A stretch of DNA of 64,000 nucleotides, taken from contig JAXLNO010000587.1 of NCBI GenBank assembly GCA_038087875.1, positions 1 to 64,000 on the forward strand, written 5' to 3'. The stretch's first letter is position 1, and every line of letters starts with the position of its first letter. The position numbers were made by a program, and so were the translations under genes. The notes under the pieces are model-generated. The model had not been told where the DNA came from, did no database searches, and worked only from the letters and a program-made list of their open reading frames with translations. This document shows positions 13,508 through 26,489 of this stretch, piece by piece. This stretch comes from Malacoraja senta (lineage: Eukaryota).

Positions 13508-14644
13508 GCCAGTTCGGTATTCTGACTATGCATGGACAAGTCATAGATCGCTCGGGCTAAACACTCATGGCGGCCGTGCCGCTGCACGGGTGCAGACCTG
13601 CGTCTCGTCCCTATCCAGCCGCCACTGGGCCGTTCCCGTCCCCTCCCAAGTGTCCCATCCGGGGGTGGCCGGGGACGTCCGGGGCTCCAGCTCTGCTCGG
13701 CCTGTCCCGGCGTGGAGCTGGCCCGTCGCAGCGGCGGCCTGGGCCCGCAGGCGGCGCGGTAAAGAAGCACCAACTCCAGCTCAACGCCGGCGGGACAGGC
13801 AGATTCGAGCTGGGGCCGGCACCTCCCCTCGTCGCTGGCTGCGGGCCTGGGCCGACACTCCCGACCGCGGACGTCTGGATAGAAGGCCCTCCTTCAGACT
13901 TCCTACACATTAGACTTTTGCTCCGTGGTTGGGATGGATGGGAGCAGGGATTTCCACGGGCACAAGGAACAATGACCTAAAGTTTGCGTTGAGTGAACTG
14001 AGTGTTCTTACTGTCCTCGGCGTACGTCGGTGTTTTGTGAGAGTGGTTGGATCCAGGCTTCAGCTCAGCCAACGTCGGTCATATTATCCGGACAGGCGGC
14101 GGGGGATCAGGAGCTGATGTGAGGCATCAGCAGCGCCCGACCCGGGTGTAGAGGTGTCAGTTCTTCCAGCGGCGAGCGGAGAGGCACCAGCTACCGCGGG
14201 CCGCTCACCTGCCGGGCGCTGACTCCTCGATTCCAGGATCCAACCACTCTCACAAAACGCCGGTGTACGACGAGGACGGTAAGAACACTCAGTTCACTCA
14301 ATGCAAACTTTAGGTCATTTGTTCCTTGCGCCCGCGGAAATCTTCAGCACGGTCGAGACGAGGGGGTTCTGAAGTTGCATTCTCTCGATTGAGGACATTT
14401 TCTAGACTCCCCGAGAAGCAACGAGCCATGGTTGTCTGTCTAACTGAAACCTCTCTTCCCCCACCTCTCACCGTCTCTCCCTGTCTCCCACTCGCATCTA
14501 CCCCCTCTCTCTCGCTGTTACACCCCGCTCTCCCCCGCTACCAGGCACCCAGGCTCACCCTGCTACCAAGTTCGCTTTTTTTATTCTCGAATGACCTTTG
14601 AAAAATCCCATGATTCCTTGCATTTTTCGGAATACCGAACTGGC
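13508..14644. mobile_element. Non-autonomous TIR DNA transposon, 1137 bp, 4-bp TSD ATAA, superfamily unassigned
   Basis: TIRs GCCAGTTCGGTATTC(T/C)GA match 17/18 (13508-13525 and 14627-14644). ATAA on both sides. Removing the element restores the LINE tail motif gacaataaagtacc. Confidence 0.85.
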
Positions 14645-17179
14645 ATAAAGTACCAATGAATCTGTGCTGTTGAAAATTTTTCTTTGTGGTTTACAACTAG
14701 CTACCTTCATCACAGAGAGACTTTAGCTTTGATGGTTTGAAATTTGAGCTGTTGTTATTTTGTGTAAACATGTTTTCATACGGTGGCAGTCTGGTTGCAC
14801 AGCACACTGCTAACATGGTGATGTTCATGTATTCCTCAGTTGTAAAATACAAAACAAAGGCTGCAGCAGGTGTGATCAGAATGTTTTTCTCTTTAGTACA
14901 CAACATCTTTGCTCAGATTAAAAAACATTCTTTTGGACAACATTCAGGGATATATCGTAGAAACAAGGAACTGCAGATGCTGGTTTACCGAAGAAAGACA
15001 TAGTGCTGGAGTAACTTAGCGGGCAACATCCCCAGAGAACATGGATAGGTGACATTTCTGGTTGGGACCCTTCTTCAGACTCAACTATATCCTTGGTTTT
15101 TATTCAAGGAGTTTGGAAAATCATTGCAGGAAACAATGATGTGATATAAGACTATAAAGAAACGATAGTTTTACTGGTACTACCTTGGCAATATGGGTAC
15201 ACAGCACATACACAAACCAATTTCAATTCGTTACATCTCTTTACTGGCAGAAATATTATCTTTTTTAAGTTGGATTTTAGCACACTAAATTCCTTTGTCT
15301 TACTGTCCGCAACACACAATTCAGTGAGGGACTATTCTCCTCACGACTGTTTAGAACTTTCTCCTGTGTTTCTTATTCAGTTTACACCTATCAAGCAGAC
15401 TAGCTTAAAGTCCACGCTAACTCAAACATTGTAATTTTGCCCATCTCTTTTTTCCAGCTTTCTCTCCCTACTATGAGCTACCATCTACCTCATTGGAAGC
15501 CCTTAGTTTATCTTTCATCGGACTTTACTTTATCTTGCACTAAATGTTATTCCATTTATCATGTATGTGTAGGATGTGAAAGCAGGAGCATGATTCCTGC
15601 CTGTGTTCACCACTACCCATGCTGTAGGTGCCATGGTTTTCACTAACTACACCTGAAAGCGAGTTGCAGAGTTACTAGCCATTCTGTTGGAGGTAAGCGT
15701 CGAATCCAGGTATTCTGTGAATAAAGGGTTGCATGCGTCAGAACCAATTAGTCCATTCCAGGATTATCATAAAAAATGAACATTTAACTACTAAGGGCCA
15801 AAGCTACAAATTAACATTTAATTCTAAGAAATGTTTTAAGAAAGGACACAGGAGTAACCAGTGTGGCCGATGATTTAATGCTTTGCATCAATCAAGCAAC
15901 TGAGAAGAGCTAATTAGGTGCATGAAGTATGGGTTGCTTCTGCAGTTTCATATTGCTTGTGCTAATAAAATCTTGCATTATTCATGGCAGGGTGTGTTTT
16001 TGAGCTGAAGTGATGATGGCAGTGTAATAGGCCTTTTTGTATTAATTTTTTTGTTGCAAAATTAAATTTAAGATTGTGCTTGGAGCCAGACTTAAATATT
16101 GCCTGATTCAAATGGACCAGTAGTCAAATTTACTGTTCAACTTTTGATAAAATGAATTTTAAAACTAGCAAAGATTTACCTTGGAGGAAGGGTTTTGGCC
16201 CGAAACGTTGCCTATTTCCTTCGCTCCATAGATGCTGCTGCACCCGCTGAGTTTCTCCAGCATTTTTGTGTACCTTGGAGGAAGGTTTAGAATAAATAGA
16301 CATGCCTTCCTTTGAATAACAAAGTTGCCCTGGTGCATTCATGCTTGATTGGAAATCCCTGAAGACATGTTTATTGTCATTGTTTTTATTACACACTCCC
16401 TCTGTTTATTGAACATACAAGCAATCAATGGCATGCGTGTTTGCTTCTAGAAATCAAAGTCCATTTAAGGCTAAAGTTGTTTTGTCTTGACCTCCTGAAT
16501 CTACAGAGAGTGGTGAACACAACCTGGTCCTTCACTGTCTCATCACTTCATTCCATCACCACCACAGTGTGTTGCGTCAGAAGATTAGAAGTATCGTCAA
16601 AGATACCACCCCAGGCATCTCTTTTCTTTCTCCTACCTTATGGGAGATGATACAGGAGCTTGAAGCTCTGGTGTCCAAACTTGAAGAACAGCTTCTCTCT
16701 ACCAGACTGCTGAACCAATCAACTGTTTCTCACTCCCTTACCAGAGGTGCTGCCACATACTCTTAACTCTACCTTATTCACTTATTCAATTATTGTACTT
16801 TAATATATTTTTGCACGACAATCTTGCATCATTCTGCTGTTTAGTGGATTTTGTATTTATCATTACTGTATGCATACTGTTTACAAGGAACGAGTAAGCA
16901 AGGAACATTGCACACTGGTATGTATGATAAACTAATCTGTATCTGAAGACATCACTCAGATTTTTCAGGTAAATATCATCAATGTGGTGAAAGATGCTCT
17001 TTGGTTTACCCGAAGCTTGTTGGTCCTCCAGTATAACGAGATGTCAATACAGAATGCTGCCAACTGGCACATACAGTACTAGGTGATGGGAGTATGTGTT
17101 GTGGGATGCACTGAAGCTGAGTGCAGCCAAGGCAAAAACTTTGTGGGAAAGACTGTAGTCTAGGTTCATTGAATGGAAT

Positions 17180-17475
17180 GGAGTCATACAGCATGAAAAC
17201 AGGCCCTTTGGCCCACCAAGTCCACGCCGAACATTGTTCTATATTATTCAGTTTTCACAACCACTGCCGACACACTAGGATTAATTTACAGAGACCAAGT
17301 AACCTACAAACCCGCACATCTGTGGGATGCGGGTTGGAAATTGTGCCACCCGGAGGAAACCCATGCGTTCACAGTGAAAACGTGCAAACTACACACAGAC
17401 ATGATGCGAGGACAGGATTAAACCTGGGTCTCTGTCGCTGTGAGGCAGCAGTTCTACCAGCTGCCCCACTGCGTC
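17180..17475 (-). mobile_element. tRNA-derived SINE (HE1-like)
   Basis: Reverse complement of the same SINE family. Confidence 0.7.
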
Positions 17476-18009
17476 CAGATAATGTTGAACCTTCTCTGAA
17501 GCATATATCATCCCAAGGTGGTCACTGTGGTGGCAAAGCTGCTATGTACACAAAAAGTCACAACACTACCAATTCATAGAACTAATAACACTGAATGTAT
17601 AGATTGAACAACACAACACAATGTAAAGAGAACCATGCACTCTTTTTTCTGCTTGCATTTTATTTTTCATATTTTATTTTTGAAATGTTAAAAATCTTCT
17701 AGATATATGAGCTGCAACCTTCTGTTTAGAACCCGCTAAACTATGCTTGAGGGTCAGAGAACTTTGCACAAGTGGTGTGAAACAAGTGGGTCTGAGCGTT
17801 TACACATCTTGTGTACACAAGCATCTATGGACATGTTAGATCCAAGTCCAAATGTTTGTGCACTCCCGGTTTAGAGGAGTGTGTAATATATGAAGAAAAG
17901 GCAAAATTGTACATTTTGGTTTGTCAATCTTATTGTGATTCTGTCAAATGGAAAAACTCATTGGTTGTACTTTTGTTCAAATGAATATTGATTATATTTC
18001 AACCTGGGA

Positions 18010-20372
18010 AAAAAACCTGTGCATTCAACCAATCTACTCTCCTCATGATTTTATATGCCTCTATAAATAAGATCACTCCTCAGCCTCCTACTCGCCAAGG
18101 AGTAAAGTCCTAGCATGCCCAACCTCTTCCTATAGTTCAGGCCCTTAAGTCCAGGCAACATCCTCGCAAATCTCTGCCCTCTATCCAGCTTAATGACTTC
18201 TCTCCTGTGACCAAAACTAAATACAATACTCCATGTGCGACCTCACTAACAGTGCCTTATACAACTATAAGATAATGTCCGAATTCCTACTCTCAATTCC
18301 CTGACTGATGAAGCCCAGTGCGCCAAAAGCTACCTTCACCACCCTATCTACCTGCAACGCCACTTTCAGGGAACTATGTGCTCCTAGATCCTTCAGGTCT
18401 ACAACTTTTCCCAGGGTTTACCGTTCACTCTGATGGTCCTACCTTGGTTTGTAAAGTAAAGTATCCTTTATTGTCATTCAGATATTTCAGTCTGAACGAA
18501 ATTGTATACCTTGCAGTCATAACATAGAATAAAATAACAAAACACACACTTAACACAGTTTAACATCCACCACAGTGAGTCTACCAGGCACCTCCTCACT
18601 GTGATGGAAGGCAAAAGCCTTAAAGTCCTTGTCTCTTCTCTCCTTGTTCTCCCTCTGCGTTGGGGCGATCCAGGCTTCCGATGTTGGGACCCCGCCGGGT
18701 GATGGTAAGTCCCACGGCTGAATCCGAGCTCCGCGAACGGGCTGGTTCAAACTCTGCGGCCCGGGGCAGACGAAACTGCCGCCATCCAGTCCAGCGGACT
18801 GAGCTGTTGCCGTGGGAACTCCGGAGAATGAGTCAACAGCCTGGGACCTGCGAGCTCCCGACGTTGTCGTCCACTGGGCCCGCGACCGAGCCTCCGAGGC
18901 TCCGAAGTCGGGCCGCCGCCGCAGCGCCACCACAGCCCCGAAGTCGGCCAGCCCCACGTTGGTAAGTCCTGGCTCTGCCTCCGGAGGCTCGAGGTCAGTC
19001 CCAGTTGGAGGCCGCCAGCTCCGCAATTAGGCCTCAGCGCAGACGTAGACGGAGAGGGGGATACGGCGAAGAAAAGGTCGCATCCCCCCGAAGGAAGAGG
19101 CTAAAAACAAGTTTCTCCCACCCCCAACACATACACAACTAAAAAAACGAAACAACAGGACAAAAGTAAACAAAAAGAAAGAAAAGACAGACGGACTGCA
19201 GGTGAGCCGCAGATGCTTGGGCAGCGCCGCCACTTCCGGACTTCCCAATATGCAATACCCCATACTTATCTGAATTAAACTCAATTTGCCATTCCTTGGC
19301 CCACTTGTCCAGATAATCAAGATCACCTTTTAATTCTTGATAACCATCTTCACTCTCTACGATTCCACCTATTTTTATGTCATCTGCAAACTGACTGATC
19401 ATGCCTGGTACATTCTCATCCGAATCATTGATATAGATGTCTAATGGCAATGGGCCCAGCATTGATCTAGCCATTAAGGCACTTCACTAGTTATAGATCT
19501 CCTGTCCAAAAAACAACCTTCCACTCCCAACGTCTGCTTTTTACCATTTACGCCAATTCTCTATCCAATTAGCTTGCTAATACTCAAATCAAATTCATGA
19601 CACAAATCATGCACAAAATCATGGTGAACTATCCATAATCAACCACTGTCTTTCAAAATCCACATATCTTATCCTTCAGTATCCTCTCCAGTAATTTTCC
19701 CACCACAGATGTTGGACTTATTGGTCTACAATTCCTAGGTTTTTCTTTGCAGCCCTTCTTAAATAGAGACACAACATTAGGCACCTTCCAGTCTTTAGGC
19801 ACCTCATCCGTGTCCAATGATGATTTGTATATCTCTCCCAGGGCTCCTGCAGTTTTTTTTTCTCTAGCTCCCCACAGTATATTTAGATATACCTGATGAG
19901 GCTCAGAAGATTTATCGACCTTCATACATTTTAGGATATCCGGCCTCTCTCTTCAACTGTAATATCACCATCAACTTTCCCAATTTCCCGAGTCTTTCTC
20001 TGCAATAAAAACAGAGGAGAAATATTCACTGAGGACCTTACTCATCTCCTGTGTCTCTCCACTTTAGATGCCTACTATATTCTGTTGTGCTGAAGCAAAG
20101 TAAGAATTTAATTGCCCTATCTGGGACACACGACAATAAACTCTCTTGAATCTTGACCACTATAGTTTTTGAAGGGGGATCTATTCTCTTTAATTACACT
20201 TTGTTCCCTTAATGTGCGTATAAAATGTCTCTGGATTCTCCTTAATCATAACTGCCAGAGATGTATCCTAACCCCTTTTTGCTCTGTTGATATTATTAGT
20301 TCCCAGTGCCATTGCTCCTCGCTCCTCTGATCCCAGCTGCCTATAACTGACCCATACCTCCTTTTTCCTGAC
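18010..20372 (-). mobile_element. Degenerate CR1 LINE RT region, interrupted by the 18452-19240 insert
   Basis: Minus-strand peptides MKVDKSS...DWKVPNVVSLFKKG and YINDSDENVPGMISQFADDIKIGG. Confidence 0.8.
18452..19240 (-). mobile_element. GC-rich non-autonomous non-LTR retroelement (~790 bp)
   Basis: On the minus strand it starts ccggaagtggcggcgctg and ends gacaataaag plus a short (TACTT)n tail. It splits the host CR1 sequence cleanly. Confidence 0.65.
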
Positions 20373-22057
20373 CAACAAGATGACACCATTTCCATTCAGA
20401 ACTACCTGCATTAGTCAACACGATCTGGCTCAGTATTTACACCTCCTTAATTGATCTATCAATGAAACAAAGCCTGGATTCTTTTCTGTAACATGAGCAT
20501 CAAGGTGAAAGATTCATTCATTTCGGGAATGTGAAATAATTACTCCCATTCTTAAAGAAATGCATTCTGCATTAGGTAATTTTCTTTTAATTCTAAAGTT
20601 ATGTGTTATTTGATTATCTGGACAAACATCGCAGGCAGTTCCCTGTGAAATTCGTTGGAGCTTGCAGAGATTACTTAACAGATGAATGCACAGTGCCTCA
20701 GCGATCCCAATGCACTGGCAACTGAGGGTGGGGTGATCAGGCTGAATCAACAGATAGGTGATGTTTCATGTCGGGAGCCTTCTTCAGACTCTAACTTCTT
20801 TAAAGTAAGCATGCCTTGAGGAGATTTTGCAGTGGAGCAATAAAATGAAGACACAAGGAACTGCTGATGCTGGTTTACAAAGACACAAAGTCTTGGAGTA
20901 ACTCAGCAGGTCAGGTGGCTTGAGCACCACTGAGTCAGCCTTGTATGATGAAATATTTTGAGTTTACACACCTGGCCTGTGTGAAGGAAACTTTAAGTCT
21001 GTGATCTGGTTGCCGGATGGTTTTCAAGGAAGGGGAGAATTGTGGATCCAAAAGTGTAATCGTTGATAATGAGATCTGTCAAGGTTATAGAGGGAAGATA
21101 TGTCAGTGAGTCAGAGACCTGGGTGGTGTGCAGAACAGGATATTGAATTGGGATTGTGATAGCAGGGGTCGGGAAATTGGGGCAATACAATGGTGATCAG
21201 TGGTTGACAATTGGGTGATTGGAGGGTCGAACGGGTGTAATCTAGCAATTAAGTAGGGAAATGAAGGTTTTGGGTCATGTGAAACAAACGGAGAGCAAGT
21301 AAGTAAATAGAAGGAAACAAAATGCTTTAGTGACTCAGTGATTCCGACAGCAACTGAGGAGGAAATGAATGGATAGGCGATGTTTCAGTTTGGGACCCTT
21401 CTTCAGACAAGTCTCCAAATAGCTCGAATCTATCTTGCTCATCTTCAAATATCTCAATTCTATCATGTGTTTCCTCTCTCCCCCCCATGTCCAGTCCCTT
21501 CCGACCTACATCCAAGACACTTCACATGCTTATCAACTCTTCAATAAAGGGGGCCCGTCTCAACGTCACCTTTCAGATGCTGTCTGATCTGCTGAGTTAC
21601 CCCAACACTTTATTTTTTGCTCAAGATTCCAGCACCTGCAATTCCTTTTGGTTCCCAGTAAATAGAAGAGTTTGCCAGAGTTGGGTACAGTGGGCTGCGT
21701 TGGGACGTGCACAGGGGAAGCTTCTTTTACATCATTACTGGCTGCAGGCGTATGGAGAGCGCTCAATTTCCCATCCACACCTTTGCATCTATCCAATGAA
21801 GAAACTGCTCCTCCTGACCAAATCATTCTTACGCAGCTGCCTTATCAGGTTTCCAAAGTGGAGTGACTTGGTGTAAAAGTAGTGCAACTGCATTCCATTC
21901 GAGGAAACATTGGTATTTCTATGCATCAGCAGAGGCATGTGAGCTAAAAGCATTTCCTCATACAAGGCTGATTCAGTAGTGTCGGAGAATGTGATCCTTT
22001 GATGCTGGAAAAGGTAACGCCATGAAACTGAATTTCTACCAGAATCTTTCGGTGAAA

Positions 22058-22405
22058 GGTTCATAAGTTATTGGAGCAGAATTAGGTCATTCGGCCCATC
22101 GAGTCTACTCCGCCATTCAATCACGACTGATCTATCTTTCCCTCTCAACCCCAATCTCTGGCCTTCTCCCATAATCCCTGACACCTGAACTAATCAAGAA
22201 TTTATTAATGTCCGCCTTAAAAACATCCAATGACTTGCCCTCCACAGCCTTCTACAGATTCACCACCCTCTGACTAAAGAAATGTCTCCTTTCTCAAGGT
22301 ATGTCCTTTTATTCTGAGACAATGGCCTCTGGTCCTAGACTCTCCCCTAATGGAAACATCCTCTCCACATCCACTCTATCCATACCTTTCACTATTCAGT
22401 AAGGT
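22058..22405 (-). mobile_element. CR1 LINE 3' fragment
   Basis: Reverse complement of the family at 11165-11518. Confidence 0.8.
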
Positions 22406-22926
22406 TAAATGGGCATATCTGTAAGACATGGTTTATTTGGAAAATTTTACTCTGGAATGCAGCGCCGCTCCTAATTCAAACTTGAGGGGGTAAAATTGTT
22501 GGCAGTCCTTCATTGTTGACAAATTTCCTGGATCAGTTGTCAGCGGTCGATGAGTGTGGGGGGCCGCCGTGAAGAACAATGGGGGACCCGGCATGGGGGG
22601 GGGACCACTGAGAGACAGTGGGAGAACAAAGAGGGACCCAGTGTGGGGGGGCACTCTAGTTTTAGAGTTTTCTGCCCAGGGGATAAGCCTGCGTTTGTTT
22701 GTTCGTTCGTTCTGGTTAAGGTGCTGTGCACACAGCAGCCAGCCAACAGTCACTTGTCCTTTTCTTCTTTGTTTCCTCTTTTTTTCCTTTTCTTTCTTTC
22801 TTGAAATTTTAATTTCAAGTTTTCGTGTACGTAGTGTATTATGACTGTTGGCAGACCAATTTCCCTCCGGGGATGAATAAAGTTGTATCGTAAGATTATT
22901 GATGGCTTAACGATCTGATCCTTGAG

Positions 22927-23263
22927 GGGGGCACTGTGGCGTAGCTGGTGGAGATACTGCCTCAGCACCAGAGACCCGGGTTCGATCCTGTCCTCGGTTG
23001 CTGTCTGTGAGGAGTTTACACGTTCTCCCTGTGATCGCGCGGGTTTCTTCCAGGTGCTCTAGTTCCTCCGATCCCAAAGACGTACAGGTTTGTTGGCTAA
23101 ATGAACTCTGTTTAAAAATGAATTGCACCTAGTTTGTAAGGGGTGGATGAGTAAGTGAGATAACATAGAAGTAGTGTGAATGGGTGATCAATAGTCAGCA
23201 TGGACTCGATAGGCCGAAGGGCCTGTTTCCATGCTGTATCTCTAAACTAAACCAAACTAAACT
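22927..23263 (+). mobile_element. tRNA-derived SINE with CR1-type 3' tail (HE1-like)
   Basis: A-box-like gtggcgtagctggt, B-box gggttcgatcc, 3' ggccgaagggcctgtttcc and (CTAAA)n tail. Confidence 0.85.
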
Positions 23264-23639
23264 TGAGCCGCAGACACTAGAAGGCAGTACAGGCAGTGGT
23301 CAATAGAAGTGTCAAACTTTTTATGCAGTGTTGCCTTTGAACTTCAACTACCACGTGGATCTCGGTGGAAGAGGAACATATCCAATGGCAAGAGTTAGGG
23401 AAGTGACTGGTTACAGCCTTCATCCATCTTTGCAGCTATTGAGAAATATGCCTTTATTTGCCTGTGGTGTTGCTGAGATATTTTGTTGTCCACATTCATC
23501 TTTTATCACCTATCTGATCGATGACATTATTGGAAATTTTTCAGGCTTGGTGGGGTCGCCTATACAACAAGATCATTGTAAGTGTTCTCCCACATTGTCT
23601 ATTCAAAGTGGAAATTCATGGACTGGGTGTTAAGCTAAA

Positions 23640-24510
23640 CAATAGACTGCAGATGGTAGAATCTTAAACAAAAACCCAAACTGCTAGAAGTACTCAGCGG
23701 ATCAGGCAGCATCTGCGGAGGGAAATAGACAGCCAACATCTCGAGTTAGGGCCCTTCTTCAGACTGATATAGAGGGGAGATGGTTGGTAGAGAGGAAGGG
23801 GTAGGGCAAGAATTAGCAAGGTATGGGTGGATACAAGTGAGGGGGGGGGTTGGTTGGCAGATGTCGGGTGGGGAGAGATGGGTGGAGATAGTGCCCAAGG
23901 TTGAAGGTGTAGTGGAGAAGGCAAAAAGGTTACAAATGGTGGAATCTGTTAAGGAAGGAAGATGGAGGGTTGCATGTAGATCCAGAGGGGAAGGACAATG
24001 GATGGAAGGGAACAGGAATTGGAGGGGGGTGGGGAAATGATCAGATGGAGGTGGGGAGAGGAAAGAAATGTGTGTGCAGATGGTGGAGGAGGAAACTGAG
24101 TCAATGAGAAGGGGGTTGGTTACCTGAAATTAGAGAATTTAATGTTCATGCCACTTGGGTTGTGGACTATCAAGTAGCACGTGAGATGCTGTTTTCTACT
24201 TTGTGTTTGGCCTCACTGTATCACTGGTGGAGGCTGAGGATAGAAAGGTCAGAATGGGAAGGGGAATTAAAATGGCTATCAACCAGGAACATCACAGGCT
24301 CTGGTGAACATCTCTCCCCAACTGACTCATCTGTCAATCTACCCCACCTTGCCTGAATTCACCTGTCATGTTAGTTCTTGCCCATCCCTTCACCTCTACT
24401 CTCTCTACCAACTATCTCACCCTCTACTCTGATAGAGGGGCCCTGATTCAAGACGCTGTCTGTCCATCTCCCTCAAAGATGCTGCCTGACCCACTGAGTT
24501 CCCACTGGCG
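23640..24510 (-). mobile_element. Penelope-like element 3' end with a partial inverted copy
   Basis: Minus-strand GIY-YIG C-terminal remnant at ~24120-24230; terminal repeat present in both orientations. Confidence 0.65.
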
Positions 24511-25186
24511 AACAGTCGCCTAATGTACACATGGTTTCAATATCGTCAGTCCATTTCCCTCATTTAAAGTATCAGCCACTTGAGTTACAAACTTAAGAGA
24601 TGATTAGCAGCGGTGTCAGTTGCCTCATGTTGATAGGAGATTATGTAACTGATCCAGACCAATGATTCAATTAAGTACGGAGAGTGGCCTATACTTTGAC
24701 ATTTTGGATTGGCAATTGGGCGAAGGTTTCTCTACCGTCGCATAGAAATGAAAGACCCTAAGGAGCAATCTGAAGGGAGTTTTTATTTTGGGAGTTGGCT
24801 AACATCCTGTAAAATCTGAATACCTGGTCACGTACCTCATTATTAGTTTTGTAGAAACTTGACCTACAACTCCCTACCTGACAATTACGTTTCGGGGAGT
24901 ATTTATGTGGTCTGGAACTGCTTCGGGATATAGAAAATGAAAGGCATTGTATAAATTACAACACAATGTAGGAATGTTACAAAATTTTGAGATTTTAAAA
25001 ATCAATACTGTAATTTATCCCATCAGATAAAGCATAACAAGATCTTTAATTTGATACCTAATATACTTTCATATCTTCAGTATTAAAAAAGTTATGGTCA
25101 TTTTCATACTCTGAAATTAGCATCTTGTTCCCTATTGCTTTTCCTTTGATTTAACACAAAAGCTGTAATCGAGGACAGTCAATTGA

Positions 25187-26240
25187 CATAAACCATATAA
25201 CCATATAACCATTACAGCACAGAAACAGGCCATCTCGGCCCTTCAAGTCCGTGCCGAACACTTTTTTAAAATGTATTTATTTATTTATTTTTAATTACTT
25301 CCCCCTAGTCCCATCTACCTGCACTCAGACCATAACCCTCCATTCCTTTCCCATCCATATACCCATCCAATCTATTTTTAAAGGATAAAATTGAACCTGC
25401 CTCCACCACTTCCACTGGAAGCTCATTCCACACAGCTACCATTCTCTGAGTAAAGAAGTTCCCCCTAATGTTACCCCTAAACTTCTGTCCCTTCATTCTC
25501 AAGTCATGTCCCCTTATTTGAATCTTCCCAACTCTCAATGGGAAAAGCTTATCCACGTCAACTCTGTCTAACCCGCTCATAATTCTAAAGACCTCTATCA
25601 AGTCCCCTCTTAACCTTCTGCGCTCCAAAGAATAAAGACCTAACTTGTTCAACCTTTCTCTGTAACTTAGTTGCTGAAACCCAGGCAACATTCTAGTAAA
25701 TCTCCTATGTACTCTCTCTATTTTGTTGACATCCTTCCTATAATTAGGCGACCAAAATTGTACCCCATACTCCAGAATTGGCCTCACCAATGCCTTGTAC
25801 AATTTTAACATTACATCCCAACTTCTATATTCAATGCTCTGATTTATAAAGGCCAGCACACCAAAAGCTTTCTTTACCACCCTATCTACATGAGATTCCA
25901 CCTTCAGGGAACTATGCACAGTTATTCCTAGATCCCTCTGTTCAACTGCATTCCTCAATTCGCTACCATTTACCATGTACGTCCTATTTTGATTTGTCCT
26001 GCCGAGATGTAGCACCTCACATTTATCAGCATTAAACTCCATCTGCCATCTTTCAGCCCACTCTTCCAAATGGCCTAAATCTCTCTGTAGACTTTGAAAA
26101 TCTACTTCATTATCCACAACACCACCTATCTTAGTATCATCTGCATACTTACTAATCCAATTTTCCACACCATCATCCAGATCATTGATGTACATGACAA
26201 ACAACAGTGGACCCAACACAGACCCCTGAGGCACCCCACT
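25187..26240 (-). mobile_element. Young 5'-truncated CR1 LINE nested in the TIR element
   Basis: Open RT C-terminal frame (GVPQGSVLGP, YADD) and (ATGGTTAT)n tail; near-identical to 56622-58497. Confidence 0.95.
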
Positions 26241-26489
26241 GAAAAACATTCTGAAAAACATATAAAACATCTTTCTTGGATGACCTGAAATTAAAGCATA
26301 TAATTAGTTAGTTACCAACTAGTTAGTTAATTGTAGCTAATTACAAAATTGACCATTGTGATGGAAATAGTAATAAACACCCAGACTGCCTTAAAAATTC
26401 AAAAATGTGATATTCTCAGGATCAGAACTATAATATTATTGTAATATGTGCTGTAAGTCCGTAACAGACAGGTAAAGAAATTACAATTT

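Noticed and set aside
13363..14117. Overlapping ORFs in GC-rich sequence, and a possible SYTL5 CpG-island promoter
   Set aside because: No recognisable domain, stops are scarce because of GC content, and the block lies inside a TIR/TSD-bounded element.
18550..19326. GC-rich ORFs
   Set aside because: They lie in a non-autonomous retroelement and show no protein motifs.
22927..23000. tRNA gene
   Set aside because: The A/B boxes continue into a SINE body and tail, so this is a SINE head.
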